Below, piece after piece: positions 48,937 through 61,299 of a stretch of 64,000 nt of DNA. The stretch is from Pseudovirgaria hyperparasitica (taxonomy: Eukaryota). The stretch lies in assembly GCA_010093815.1 (NCBI GenBank), contig ML996576.1. One strand, 5' to 3'. The notes beneath the pieces are model-generated. The model did no database searches, was not told where the DNA came from, and was given only the letters and a program-made list of their open reading frames with translations. Both the position numbers and the translations under genes were made by a program. Each line of letters begins with the position of its first letter. The first letter of the stretch is position 1.

Positions 48937-51678
48937 TTACTGCGGAGGTGGCCCTTGAGGTCCTCGGTAGTTCTCGTAACTGTTGCAGGCTAGTTAGCAA
49001 ATACCAGCGACACATGTAACCAATAAGAGGACACAGGATAATGACAACAAAAAGAAGATGAATATCGATGGAGGCTGACATGTGCCGCGATCATCGAGGA
49101 GGCCATCCGCTGCAGGAGGCGGCCAACAATTACAGCAGCAGCCGTGGAGTGTGGCAACGATGAGCGAGTTGGACAGGTATCGAACAAGGATGACAACTTG
49201 ACCAACTCCCAACTACTTGCTTGATGCTCGTTCCATAGCAGCGAGAACAAAGTGAGTAACAAGTCACCGTGGAAGAGTAGGCGATGTGTTACGGTCACCA
49301 TATATCGGGCTCTGTGCAACTGCCACCACCAACAACCCACGTTGGGGGTCATCGTGCTGGACAGGGACGAGGATGACAAGTAGCTGTGCCAGGGTCGAGG
49401 CGCTTGTACAGAATAGGAAGGGGAAGATTGAGCGGCGTAAGGTAGAGAGGGAAACAGAATCGCAAGGAGATAAGTAGTGATGCCGATGATAATGATCGGA
49501 AGAAATGTAGGGCAGAACGTAAAGAAATTACTGACCTCCAAATGCGCGCACGCATGTCACCACTGCCAGTGGCGAAGAGGCCCCCGATGGGACTTGGAGC
49601 GACTGAGATCACTAAAGAATGGATTGTTAGCCCGTTCTCACGCCGAGTGCACTCTCAAGGTCGCCGCCTCAAGCTTTTGTGAACTCACCAGAATTCTTAT
49701 GTCCCTGAAGCATGAGCTGCGCCACGCCCGTGTTTGGATCCCAGAACTGGACTCCACGATCTTTCGAGCCAGAAAGAACCCACGCGCCATCAGGCGTCTC
49801 AGCCACAGAGAGCACAAAGTCCTTGTGTCCCTCGAAAGTGCGTGTGCATTTACCACTGGGTCTCGCGGCATGTTGCATGAGACGGGGTGCGGGTTGACTC
49901 AAGTCCCACATCTTGATGGTCTTGTCTAGACTGCCACTGACAAGCTGATGACCGTTTGGCGCAAAGGCCACTGAGTAGACACTGTCCTTGTGGCCATTTT
50001 CACCTTCAAGGCGCTCTACCAATGACCCACTGGTCGTGTCCCAGACCCTTACACTCTTGTCAAGAGATCCGGCAGCGACATAACGGTTATCGGGGGATAT
50101 GGCGACAGTGGTGACGCCATCTTCAATGGTGAATTGCATTCTCTGAGTGCCCTGTTCGAGGTCCCAAAGACGGACTGTGCGATCGCCACTGCCAGAGGCA
50201 ATGAGCAGACCATTTCGAGAGAACTCAAGTGAGTATATGTCCTGCTCGTGGCCGGTGAAAGAGGTTTTGATGGTGTGTGCGTGAATATCCCAAACCTAGG
50301 GTATATTAGTATTTCCATCAAGCCTCGACGCAGTATAGAAGGAAACATACCCTGATGACCTTGTCCTCGGCACCCGTCGCGAGGAACCTCCCATCGGGGC
50401 TAAAGCAGACGCTACGGATGTAGAGATCGCCCTCGTCGTTGATAGACGTGTCTTGTAGATGATGGATCAAATTGCCAGATTCGACATCGAAAATCTGAGC
50501 TGAGCGGTTGCAACCCGTCGCAACCATACGGCCATCATGGCTGAAGCGTACGCAGCAAACCACACTTTGATGTGGCAAGGTATGTTTCAGGTTAATGTCA
50601 AGGGATCGCCTGGTGTTTGGGTTGAACACAGCAAACCAGTCTTGGCCTTCCCGCTTCAGCTCGTCTGGCAGATCTTGGGGATGCAAGTCGGCCAATGTAT
50701 TCCCGACATCAGGGAGGTGACGAATGCCCGGATAGCTGGCTGGGTGGCTCGGGGTTGGTGGTGGCCTAGGAACTGTGGGCGAGGCAGGATATGGGTTGGA
50801 AGGATTTTGCTGCGGAGTGGCAGGACCTCCGGGGGGACCTCCTCGACCTAGACGATGTTTAGCTCCAGGAGACGACATGGGATGTGACGCATGAGAGCCG
50901 TAGCCTGAAGCGCATCAAAAATCAGCACTCCTACCGCAGTATTGCCTTTATTGGCATCGGTAGGTTGCGGAATCAAATATGCAGACTGGAGAGAAAAGAA
51001 AGGAGTGTGCTTACCATTCACTGCCGGGCCCGGTTGCTGATATCCGGGAAATGGAGCATGCTGGGGAGGACCTGGCGCAGGGTTGAGTCCTGGTGGTCCC
51101 TGTGGCATATGTGGTGGGAGGCCTTGAGGACCCTGAGGCTCTTGGGGAGGCGGCGCGAGTCCTTGACCACCAGGTCCAGAACCTCCGGCCATGATTCCAC
51201 CAAAAAGATTTGAAGGACCGTGACCGATTGACGGAGGGGGCTGAGGTTGCGATGGACCACCATGTTGCGAGCTGCCGTGCTGAGCGAGGTGACTTGGTCC
51301 TCCACGAGCATCGAGCTCTCTCTGAAGGCGCGCGAGGTCGGCGTCATACCTGATGACACGATTAGATGATGTGCGATCATATATCGAGAAGTGGCAGTAT
51401 TACTTTTCTTTGACTTGAACCTGTTGCTGTTCGAGCTGGAAGATTCTTTGGCGGATGAGTTCCATCTCATTGACCTGCTGTGCAACTAAACGCGCATCGA
51501 GATCAGCAATCAACGTCCGTACCTGCGGTCAATCCGATCGTCGCTTACCTTGTCTTTCAAAATCCACGTTGCGAGCTGCCTCATTCTCAAATTCTTGGCG
51601 CACTTGGTCCAGCAACTCGTTCAGACGCCCATTTGCAGGCGCACCTGGTACAGGCATGCCGCGGTGGGCGTTGTACAT
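48937..51678 (-). CDS. TUP1: General transcriptional corepressor Tup1/Rco-1 (Tup_N + WD40). Exons 51678-51549, 51485-51404, 51349-51015, 50904-50351, 50295-49689, 49611-49536, 48979-48937.
   Basis: Tup_N RLNELLDQVRQEF; HQSVVCCVRFSHDG..ATGCNRSAQIFD, GDLYIRSVCFSPDG, GHEQDIYSL, GHKDSVYSVAF, GHKDFVLSV and FATGSGDMRARIW. The last exon (SYENYRGPQGPPPQ*) follows a GCTAAC...CAG acceptor and is less certain. Confidence 0.93.
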
Positions 51679-53238
51679 CTTGTCGTGTTGTTGATCGTAG
51701 GCTCGATCGCGCGTTCTATGCTGAAATAGTGCCTGCGGCGATTACAGCTCGAGAGTCCGAAGAGAATCAGCTGATATGACAGCTCGTTTGCGGTGTTTGT
51801 TGGATCGAGGCGAGAAGGTGGTGCTCTTTGGTAAAGAGACTTCAATTGCAGCGCAAGGCGGACGGGCCGAGGACGCGCCTGATGCACGTAACAAGGCAGA
51901 GTTTGACGGACGGGAAGCGTTGTCGACAGCGACAGGCGTCTCGAGGACGACAGCGATGATGAACGGAGCGACAGCGATGAAAAGGATATGGATGAGAAGC
52001 CAATGAAGGTGGTGGTGAGAGAGATGAGGTTGCAGTGTCACAAGAGGATGGGATCTGGGACAACGGGTTAACGGGGCGGCGACGATTGAAGCGCAGGCTA
52101 GCTAATAATCCTGGCCCCTCTAGGCTAGTCAGTAATTAGCTGCCACCCACAAGCAAGTGCCCTAGAAATAGCGAGGACGAGGGCTAAGGCTAAGGCTGTC
52201 GGCAGCCGGCGTGGGCGTCAAACCTTGAACCTTCGGGCCTGCGTGGGCGCGAGCGTGGGCCAAGACGGGAGCCCTTTCCGTCCTTTTTAGGCTGCAAAGT
52301 GTGGGGTTCCTTGGGGGTTGTTGGGGTTGTTTTGGCGCTGGACTCACTTGGGGATACGCTAACCACTTCATCTGCTGACTAACCTGACAAGGTATGGTAA
52401 CAGGTTGGAACAAGACTAGAACCCCTGCTCTATAACACCCGAATGCCTGCAAGACATATCATAGATCCATACGCAATTAGATAGGCAACTAGCTGAACTC
52501 TATCAATATCGGTGCTTCTCTATATAACCACAACCACATCCAACCCTCCTGCCACTATGACGTCTTCCTACCTCATCCTTCTTCTATCAAAACATGCCTA
52601 CACATTGTACTTAGATGGATAGCCGGGAGTCGGTCACCTTAGCTCCTCTTTACACTTGGACCTCTGCCTCCTAGCCCAAACATGAAGTCCTCCCCCCTTA
52701 TCTATACAAGCTCGTATATCATTGGAAGACATACATTCTGCAGCCAAAGAGCTAAAGCTGACCAGGTGGCTGGTAATGTTTGCGATCCTTCTGCAGCATC
52801 TGCAGCATCTGCAGGAAATGGCCTCCCGTGTTGGGAACGACGTCGTAATCGGGACTGTTTGGCGTCCAGGATCCAAGTAATGACTTGGTAGTAATGGCAA
52901 GACACGCAAGGTATGAAGCGAACTTGCAGGTGCAGGCGTCTTTACGTCCAGTACCAAGACACCAAAGGCTCTAGGATTGGTATGGGATAATGTAACAGGG
53001 GCCCTGAGTTATCGCGATCAACCCGACGTATACTGCGCCCGCAGCTCGTTTACCTCTCTAGGTAATATTGGCGTTGACAGTTAGCATGATCTGATCCCAC
53101 ACTGTATGTTTCAATTGGTCTGCCATCTGATCTGACATCTGGTGTAATAGTCTCCACGATGCACTACATATATATACTTATAGCCACCATGGTGTACGGT
53201 AGTCTGTGCCTCCTGGATTCCTCGACAGCCGTATCAAA

Positions 53239-54548
53239 ATGTTTGAATACATCCTTGGCATCTTTGCTGAGTCATCTCACATCCCTTTGTTCTACTTGAC
53301 TTTGTTCGTTGCCTTTTCGTTTCATCCGGGACTAAATCGAGTATGTCTTACTCTACCGCTCCTAGTACCTCTGGTGGCACAGGCTGTGCACCGAGAGCAC
53401 CTGTCATCCTATGCCCGTGAGTATGGCATGAACAACTGGCTCGTACAACTATGCTTTATTTACTTCGACTGGATCATCTTGGCCAGCCCTGACAAAGAGA
53501 GATGGCACAAGATTCACCAAGCAGGAACAGTTCAGGCCACAAAAGCAGACACAGATGAGGTTCCACAAGGCTTCTTCGCCAGGTTTTGGTTTGCACTCCG
53601 AATGCAATTCAACACGCGAGGTATTGGCTGGTCACACCAACCTGAGAAGGCCCCTCGCTCTTATCCACCAGGATATCCTCTTAGGTCAGTATTGAATCCC
53701 GTCACTTCAAAGTCCCACATGAGACTCATATTCCGCAGCAAGTTCATCCTCAACAAGCTTGTCCGCGCAGCAGTCTTCTTCTTCGTGCAAGACCAAATCG
53801 TAGCCTATCTCGCGACTACCCCCTATGGCGTATACAAAGGAAACGAGCACATCAAGCCAAGCGTAGGACTCGAGAACGCGTCATGGGCAGAAAGCTTCGC
53901 GCTGTGCTGGGTAAACATCACCGTCATATACGTAAGTGTCGAGTCGGGCATCTCCATATTGAATATCCTGTTCGTACTATGCGGGTACCCCGTGGAGGAA
54001 TGCCTCCCAGCTTTCGGCGATATAAAAGAAATGTACACCGTGCGCAAGTCTTGGGGCACCGTATGGCACATGATGATGCGACGTGTAAGTCTCCTCCCCG
54101 GCCCCTCCGTCCCAGTCAACAGACCTACCACGGCACATTTCTCTAACAATACACAAAGCAAGCCTCCAGCATCGGGACTTGGCTCGCACGCGACGTGCTC
54201 CGCTTCCGCAAAGGCACGTTTGGGTCCAGGTACACGCAGCTCTTCGCCGGCTTTCTGGTCACCGGCGCCATCCATGGCTTTGCCGCAATGCTCACGCACC
54301 GGGACTTCTCCACTAACCGCGAATTTGAATTTTTCATGTCGCAGGCCGTCATGATCTTTATCGAAGATCATGTGATCAAACTCGGGAAAGCACTTGGTCT
54401 CCGGCCAAACAGGTTTTGGAGGCTGGTTGGATATATTTCCACAATCATATGGTTCGGACACTCGGTGGCTATTTGGCAGTCGAGCTCCGTACGACGAGGG
54501 ATGTGGGTATTCAGTCCAAGTTATGATCTTTTAGGACTCGGGCCATGA
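53239..54548 (+). CDS. Second MBOAT_2/wax-synthase-domain acyltransferase (Tri7-like). Exons 53239-53684, 53739-54084, 54159-54548.
   Basis: Multi-TM with RGIGWS, PAFGDI..YTVRKSWG..WHMMMR, SRYTQLF.GF..TGAIH and FFMSQAV.I..ED. Introns GTCAGT...CAG and GTAAGT...CTAAC...AAG. Confidence 0.83.
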
Positions 54549-55019
54549 GAATGAGAACTCGGGAGGCTGAGGCTAGAACCAGTAGAGTCGGACTTGGCCA
54601 TGTACTTGACTATAACGAAGCGAAGGAGGGGGGAAACTTAATGACCGTAACGAGGATGTCCGCCAAATATTAATAGAATATGCAGCTTCGCACTGGCTCA
54701 CATTTCTCCGTGGGCGCGCATGGCAACACCCAGCCCCCGTTTGCGGAGAATATCAGCAGTCAATAGATAATCCAATGAGCCACGTGTATTGATATAAACA
54801 TATTCTGCATCCTCCACAAAGTTCACTTCGTTTCTCCTCTCCCCCTACTCCTCACCAACAAATCGAGCAAGTCCATACTTGCGTCCACTCGTTCACCGAC
54901 ACCTTCATTCCGTCAATACGTAAATCCGTTAATCTCTCAACACACCTCACGATACACCAACGCACCATCCATAAAAAAACCCCAAACAACAACAAAACAA
55001 CAACAAAACCAATAGAAAA

Positions 55020-55427
55020 ATGCTCACCACAAACCACACCAGCCTCCTCCTCTCCCTCCTTCTCTCGCCCATCCTCGCACCCATCGCCAGATCCATGTTC
55101 GCGACCATCCACGCCAGCATACGCGCCCTACGCACCGCCATACACACCATCCTGCGCGACATTGCCATCTTCGCCATCGGATACATTACCGTGCTCGTGC
55201 TTGTCCTTGCGCTCGCTCAGTTGGCGGTGCTGGTGCTTCGGTCAGCTGCGGCAGCGCATGTGGCTGCTATGACGATGATGATGACGACGACGGCTACGAC
55301 AACGACGACAACAACAACGATGGGCGCGGGCGCGGGTGTGGCGGCGAATGTCACGTTTGCTGTTGCTTCTCTTGCTGCGCTTCGCGGTGTGGGTGACGGG
55401 CTTTCCGTGGGAGGAGCTTTGGTGTGA
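55020..55427 (+). CDS. Hypothetical small hydrophobic protein, 135 aa
   Basis: ATG after an A/C-rich leader, three hydrophobic segments and a poly-Thr run; no recognisable family. Confidence 0.3.
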   Translation: MLTTNHTSLLLSLLLSPILAPIARSMFATIHASIRALRTAIHTILRDIAIFAIGYITVLVLVLALAQLAVLVLRSAAAAHVAAMTMMMTTTATTTTTTTTMGAGAGVAANVTFAVASLAALRGVGDGLSVGGALV

Positions 55428-55961
55428 ATGATATAAGGTGCGGTGGGATAGATGGATGGTTGACGAACGTGTGAAGGAAAAAGGCGTATATAAGGAGAAC
55501 AGGGAGGGTACCGACGTAAAAGTCGAAAAGGGCAGCATAGAACGAGGATTCGATTACACCATAAAACCATTATAGTAGAACATGAGTGAATCAATCATTT
55601 TACAACCGTTTCCCCCCTGAAAAACGCGCCGCTGGCATCTCACGTCGGGAACAGGGCCCGTAGCCATCCTCCAGGCCTCAAGATATGTGAAACATCCGCA
55701 ACGAAGATCGAGAAAGACGAAGCCCACCCGGTCATCAAAGATATATAGTTTGAAAAAAGTGCGCCGCGATTCTCCGGTCCAATGTGCTGTGCCTAACGCC
55801 ATGCTGATACTCCTGCCGTCCATGAAATCGCACCGTGAAAGCCTATATTGCACATGCAATAAGATGAAACCACGACAAGGGAAAGTTGAGAAAAATCCTA
55901 GTGATTCCTCAGCCTATACCAAACACTGTTAGTAAAGGGCATATGTCTGAGCGGCAAGCTC

Positions 55962-58134
55962 CTAGTACTGCTGCGGAGAGTAATACGATCGATGGGCCGG
56001 GGGCGGAGATCTGTAGTTGGCAGATGAATAGTCCGATGCGCGAGGAATGGTTTGTGGAGGGGGAGGAGGCAAGGTGGGAGGAGTGTAGGCATGGTGGGAG
56101 CGCTCGCGATACGGCATACCAGTGTTAGATGGTCTTGAGTGCGCATGCGTGCTATACGATGTAGAGCCATTTGACGTACGGCCAGAGCTCCCATTCGTGT
56201 ACGGACTGTTGAGCCCATTCATGCTCCTTCGTGTTGCATCAGCAGCAGGCCGCTTTGGCGGAGGAGCTTCTTCATCGCTTGAAAAGGTGAGATCAATTAC
56301 TTCAATTTTCCTCTTGTTTCCGTTACCGCCACTTCGAGGGGTCCCAGATCCAGTTCCTGGGGCTGCTGACACTCGAGCAGACATTGGAGGCGTGCTGGCG
56401 AGTAGAGCATTGCTGGGCCTGTCGAAGGCCTCGTCCTTGATTAACAATGATGCCGGTTTGATGTATAGATCTGTTATCTCCACAAGATCATCACTGTCCT
56501 CGTCATCATAGTTAGTCTGCATCGGCTGTTTTCCGTTGCTTCTTGTATTGGGCGTTTCCGTTGCCCCGGTGTGCCATCGGCCATCAGGCTCGATCGTGAC
56601 TTGCTCTGTTGAAATCGACGTCTTTTGCAGAATTTCCTGGAAATATCTAGTCGTTGCGTTAATGAAGGAAGTAGTCAGACTTTGAACAACATACTGATCG
56701 ATAGCCAAAGCTTCATATGATATCGCCTTATTGCACAGTGGACATGCCCAGGTTGGCGCCTGCTCTTGAAGCTGAAGAAATGAAGTAGCGTCAAAACAGC
56801 CATTATGCGAACAGACGTTTGACCGGCAGGGTAATGTGATGCGTGACGCGGATACTGGATCCTTCAGGGACATTACACTTGACGTTGCGATAATATCTGG
56901 GTCCTCTGCCTTCCTTTGCACTGTATCCTGCATAAGTACATATCGGCCCAAGGATCTGGTTACTTACTATCTCTCAGGACCTTTTCTTTCGTGAATACAC
57001 CCTTTTGCTCAATTCGTTTAGCAAGACTTTCAGCTGTGTGCTTGCGTACAAGATGTGCTTCGAACACCCATTTCTACACATTATTAGTATAAAAAGATTT
57101 GGTATGCCAAACGTAATAAGTTATGTTCAGAAAACATATGAGTGCAGTTCGAGGTTCACAGCACGCATCGTCTCCTTGAACATACCTGTTTTGTTGGCGA
57201 CGGCGGGTGACTTGCCTTGTCCGTGTACGCATACGTGACTGTAAGAGTGTTCTTATAGCCTTCGTTTTTTCGGACTTTGTCCGTGATATCGGCTGGTTTC
57301 GTTGAGCCGGGCTTGTTTTTAAGCCCTTTGAAATTATGCCGCACCTCATCTCCATTAACCCTGACTTCGATATGTTGGGGAAAGGCAATATCCACTAGAG
57401 TATGGGTATATTGGCCTCCAAGCGGGCTATCCGGTGCCGCATATATCAATATCTTCAGATCCCCCTCTGTTTTGAAGCGCAGTGCAATTTCTCCTGTCAG
57501 GGTAATCGGCGTCGAGGAAGATCCTTTACCGGACGGTGTGGCTGCTCATCTCATTAGGAACTGTCTCTGTTGCCGATATGTGCTGTTGGTAAACATACCT
57601 GATAGGTGTAGCGGTTGCGCCAAAAGCTGTTGTCTCGTTATGAACGGAGAATCTTTGAACATCATTCTTGCTGTAGATACCAATCAGTCTCATATGTCCT
57701 TCTCAAGACGCCAGAATGAACATACAGTGAAACTGCGACCGGCCAGAAGCAGGAAGTGGTGGGCCATATTGGCTATTCGCCACGGTGCGACCGTGGGGCG
57801 CGTGTGGTGGCATCGTGGAATGTATAGGTGCTGGCGGGGGCCCTCCGGCTATATCATAGATTCTTTTACGTAGATTACCAAAACGGATAGCGTTGCCTTC
57901 CGCGACAAGTAAACTGATATCTAGTTTGTTCATTAGCATGGTGACCGTATAGACAGGTTGTTACCGCTTAGCCAACGTACGATCGCCTATCCGCCTTTGA
58001 AGCACGGCTTTTGTACCAGATACTTGTAGATTCTCGCTTCTGCAAATTTCCTTCAGTTCTGGGTTCGTAAACCTTTGGATCCTCTGCGTCAGAGCCTGAG
58101 CATGACTGGCTAGTCCCGGTCCAGCTGTCGCCAT
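55962..58134 (-). CDS. SIZ1: SIZ/PIAS-family SUMO E3 ligase (SAP-PINIT-SP-RING; Pli1/Siz1-like). Exons 58134-57981, 57920-57726, 57670-57599, 57541-57216 (or 57186), 57073-56968, 56920-56695, 56646-55962.
   Basis: SAP-like LKEICRSENLQVSGTKAVLQRRI; PINIT-domain GLKNKPGSTKPADIT; SP-RING SLKDP...PCRS..CSH..CFDA......Q.PTW.CP.C; SIM-like IEVIDLT. Confidence 0.9.
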
Positions 58135-58755
58135 TGCTGACTATGGTCCACGCTCGCGATCGACGAAGCAAACGTGAGAAGTAGCAATCCGGTCAAGTCG
58201 AGGCTCATTAGCGAGAGGCATGAGAACTGCTTTCGAGAGACTTCCGACGCGGACTTCGATGGTTCCGTGGCCTTTTGCTCTGTCGCACAATCCTGGAGGC
58301 GGTCGGGTCGAGAGGTGAAATGCAGAGAGCGATGCGCGGAGGAAAGAATAGCAGCGGCGTTAAGAGGGAGGCCGTAGCCTGCCCGAAACACTACGACTCC
58401 CCCTTTGACAACAGTGCTAAAGACTTGATTCACTATGGAGAGTAATCGAGTCTGATGATCGCAAGCCATTGGCACAGTTCAAGCGATAAATTTCACTTTG
58501 CTAACCCTGTTCAGGACACACAATCTAACAGCAGTATCACGGAATTCGGATATATTCTGGAACCGACAACACGAGCTCCTCTTCAAATTTTTCCTCGTTT
58601 TCTTTCCTTTGAAACTTCCAAGCGGATATATGGGTAACATTTCAGGTTGTGTCTAAACTGTAGAGAGTGGTGACGTTGTGGCCTCCTACATCACCAATTC
58701 TTCAAGCTAGAAGAGGTTGGATTCGCTTTCCACAGCCACGGTGCTAGTGCGTAAG

Positions 58756-58767
58756 CTTATCGATAAG
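58756..58767. promoter_or_regulatory. Palindromic double-GATA element CTTATCGATAAG in the SIZ1/DUF2423 divergent promoter
   Basis: Perfect 12-bp palindrome about 80 bp upstream of the DUF2423 ATG, followed by AAATTT-type tracts. A regulatory role is inferred. Confidence 0.4.
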
Positions 58768-58843
58768 ATTCAAATTTCGTACCAAAATTAATTTCGAACA
58801 TTGCAAATCGCGCTCCTTTCATAATCCCCAATCGTTTTTCAGA

Positions 58844-59330
58844 ATGGCGAAGGGTCTCAGATCTAGCAGAATTAAGTCAAACAACACGAAATTGAGGAAG
58901 AAGACGTTTGGTCCTGTCGAAGATGCCCGCACGGAGCGGCTTTCGGCAAAACTGCTAGAACTGGCACAGCAGCCAAAGCCGGAGCGGGATGAGATGGATG
59001 TCGAGACTGAGGGTAAGTCAAAGATTCTGGAGTTTCAGATATATATTTGCGCTGATTCCATTGAAGAAACCAAGAAGAAAAATGCAGATGATGTCGAGGG
59101 TGAAGGTAAGATGATGCATAGAAGCATAAGGTGATGTATACTTACTCCGTCTAGCAATGGACATCGATGGTGAGAAGAAAACCACTACGGGATCATCAAG
59201 CTCCAAGAAGAAAGGCGGACGCGTCGAGAAAAGAATCTCGAAGTACAAGAAGCCGAGAAACACGATCGCCTTCAAGTCACGACACAAGCCGGGCGACAAG
59301 CTGGCGAAATCCGGACGGAGAAGGTTGTAG
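58844..59330 (+). CDS. Small basic DUF2423-family protein (YBL028C-like, putatively nucleolar). Exons 58844-59012, 59067-59105, 59155-59330.
   Basis: MAKGLRSSRIKSNNTKLRKKTFGPVEDARTERLSAKL is the DUF2423 N-terminal signature; two canonical introns; Lys/Arg-rich tail. Confidence 0.85.
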
Positions 59331-59460
59331 CGCTGCTCGCTATTACTAGAACGACCATGGGAAGGTTTCCAGATATACACGGGCTGGAGCGATGGTACCA
59401 TTGCACGGTGTTCAGGTGTTCATCAGTTCCAAGACAGAATTCAATCCTCGATTTGCGATG

Positions 59461-60392
59461 TCATGAATTAAATATCCTACTGTACAGTTTTTCATGCCTG
59501 CCAATCCAAAGATCCATGGCAGGAATCGTCTGTCCAGCATCTTCTACCTCTGTATTCCACGTCGCTTCTAACAATGTCCTGATTATCTCTTGCAACTCCG
59601 GCATGGCAAGCACGTGCTGTGCCTGATAAGGTCCCAACACACTCGCACGCACACCGGCGCTGATCACGGTCCTGGCATGAGAGAATAGGAACATGTATGC
59701 TGAGTCCTGTAAGGAAAGACCCATGGCTCTCGTGACAACTCCCCAGATCGGTGCAAGGTGTGCATTGATCCCTAGACCCGGTATATCCTCAACAGCGTTG
59801 CGCAACTTATACTGAAAGGCTTTGAGAGCATCGATGGCTGGTCGCAGCGCCTCATCCTTTGCTTCGCCATAGTGAGGCTTGAAGCTCCGCTCCCAAACAC
59901 TGAGCAGGGCTCGTCCTTGCGCGATGCTTGCGCGACGAGCTACCGTACATGGAGTGCTGGCGTCAATGTCGTTATCGAGATCCTCTAGGCGTGAAGGCCT
60001 TCGGTATGCCGTAAAGACATAGGGCAAAGCTGTGCTCGCCAGAGTTGAGAGCGATAGACGCAGAAATGAATGGAACGCAGCTCCATTGCTACCAGATGAT
60101 GACTTGTTTGTGCGATGGGCAAGATAAGACTCTAGACCACTACTGAATGCAAAGGAGCCCAGAGGAAGGGCAGAATCAGCTAGAAGTACTAGCGAGTGGA
60201 GTGCTGCATATGAAATTAGAGTCCGACTGAGATATATCCACCATGTAATGCACCTGTAAAGTTGGGAAGGCAGACAGCGGAGCTAGCGGGGATCCGTGAA
60301 TCACTTATTTCAGCTTGAGACATCTGTCTCTCTGAACTGGAGGAGACATCCTGAGAGATGATCTCAGGGGAACTATCGATTCCGGATGTCAT
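59461..60392 (-). CDS. ureF: Urease accessory protein UreF. Exons 60392-60254 and 60203-59461.
   Basis: LLADSALPLGSFAFSSGLES, RRASIAQGRALL, HLAPIWG, SAGVRASVLGPYQAQ and C-terminal DLWIGRHEKLYSRIFNS. The 5' exon is less certain. Confidence 0.9.
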
Positions 60393-60838
60393 GTCATGTT
60401 ATCCTTGTGGTCTGGGATGATTGGAAATTCCGTATAGCTGAAGTGTGGGAGATATGGACGGTCGAGAGCCCGGTGGATCTCGGCTGCAGGACCCAGACTA
60501 GATAAGCTTTAATACCAGGTTAGTTTCTACAGGTCTCCTCAGCAGTATTCAATGATGTAACCAGACTCTTGAATATATGTTGTTGCGTCTCAGCAGTCTG
60601 TAGTCTTATGTCTAATGCAGAATTTCGTTAACGACCCTACGTGTCCACCAACAGTATTCATGGTTGTCTATGGTACATCATGAGGACCAAACCTATACCG
60701 AACCCGTGCAACGCCGATCCCTCGCATTTTATTGTTCCTATGTATGGCTCGCGGGATAATAGGAGCTCAATCAACCTTTTATCATACTCCAAGGCAGCAC
60801 ATCATTTTGTGGTGTTGGAAACAGTGTAGATAATTCCA

Positions 60839-61299
60839 TCACTTCTCAGTGTCAATTGGCTTCGCAGCATCTTTGAGATCGGCGAACATAGGCGTGTCGC
60901 GAGCGGCTTCTAACTTTTTCGCACTCGTTTTGGCGAACAGAGTCTGCGGCTTGGACCTATGAAGCTTCGTCAACACGGGTGCTTGGCGTCAATCAGACAC
61001 AATCCTTACTTCTTGAGACCATGTCTGCTCTTGAAGTCTTTGAGCTTCTGTGAGGCAGGAGAAAGCATGTTATCCGATGGTGAGACGTAAGTCTGCTGAG
61101 CCCTACGAATGCACATTAGTCTTGCATCATTCAGGTGCACCGTCAGGCGAACCTACTGTCCACTCTTCAGCCGACTCTCGAACACCTGACGATGATACTC
61201 CATAGTCTGTGGCTTCTGAGCTTCTTGTATCTTAGTGTCGATTGAGGCATTGGTGGGAGGAAGGTTGGTGTCGCGATCGGCAAGGATGGTTGAAGACAT
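60839..61299 (-). CDS. SPO12: Spo12-family protein, 117 aa. Exons 61299-61157, 61102-61010, 60956-60839.
   Basis: Spliced translation contains MEYHRQV, YVSPSDNMLSPASQKL and KSKPQTLF; two canonical introns. Missed by the ORF track. Confidence 0.85.
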
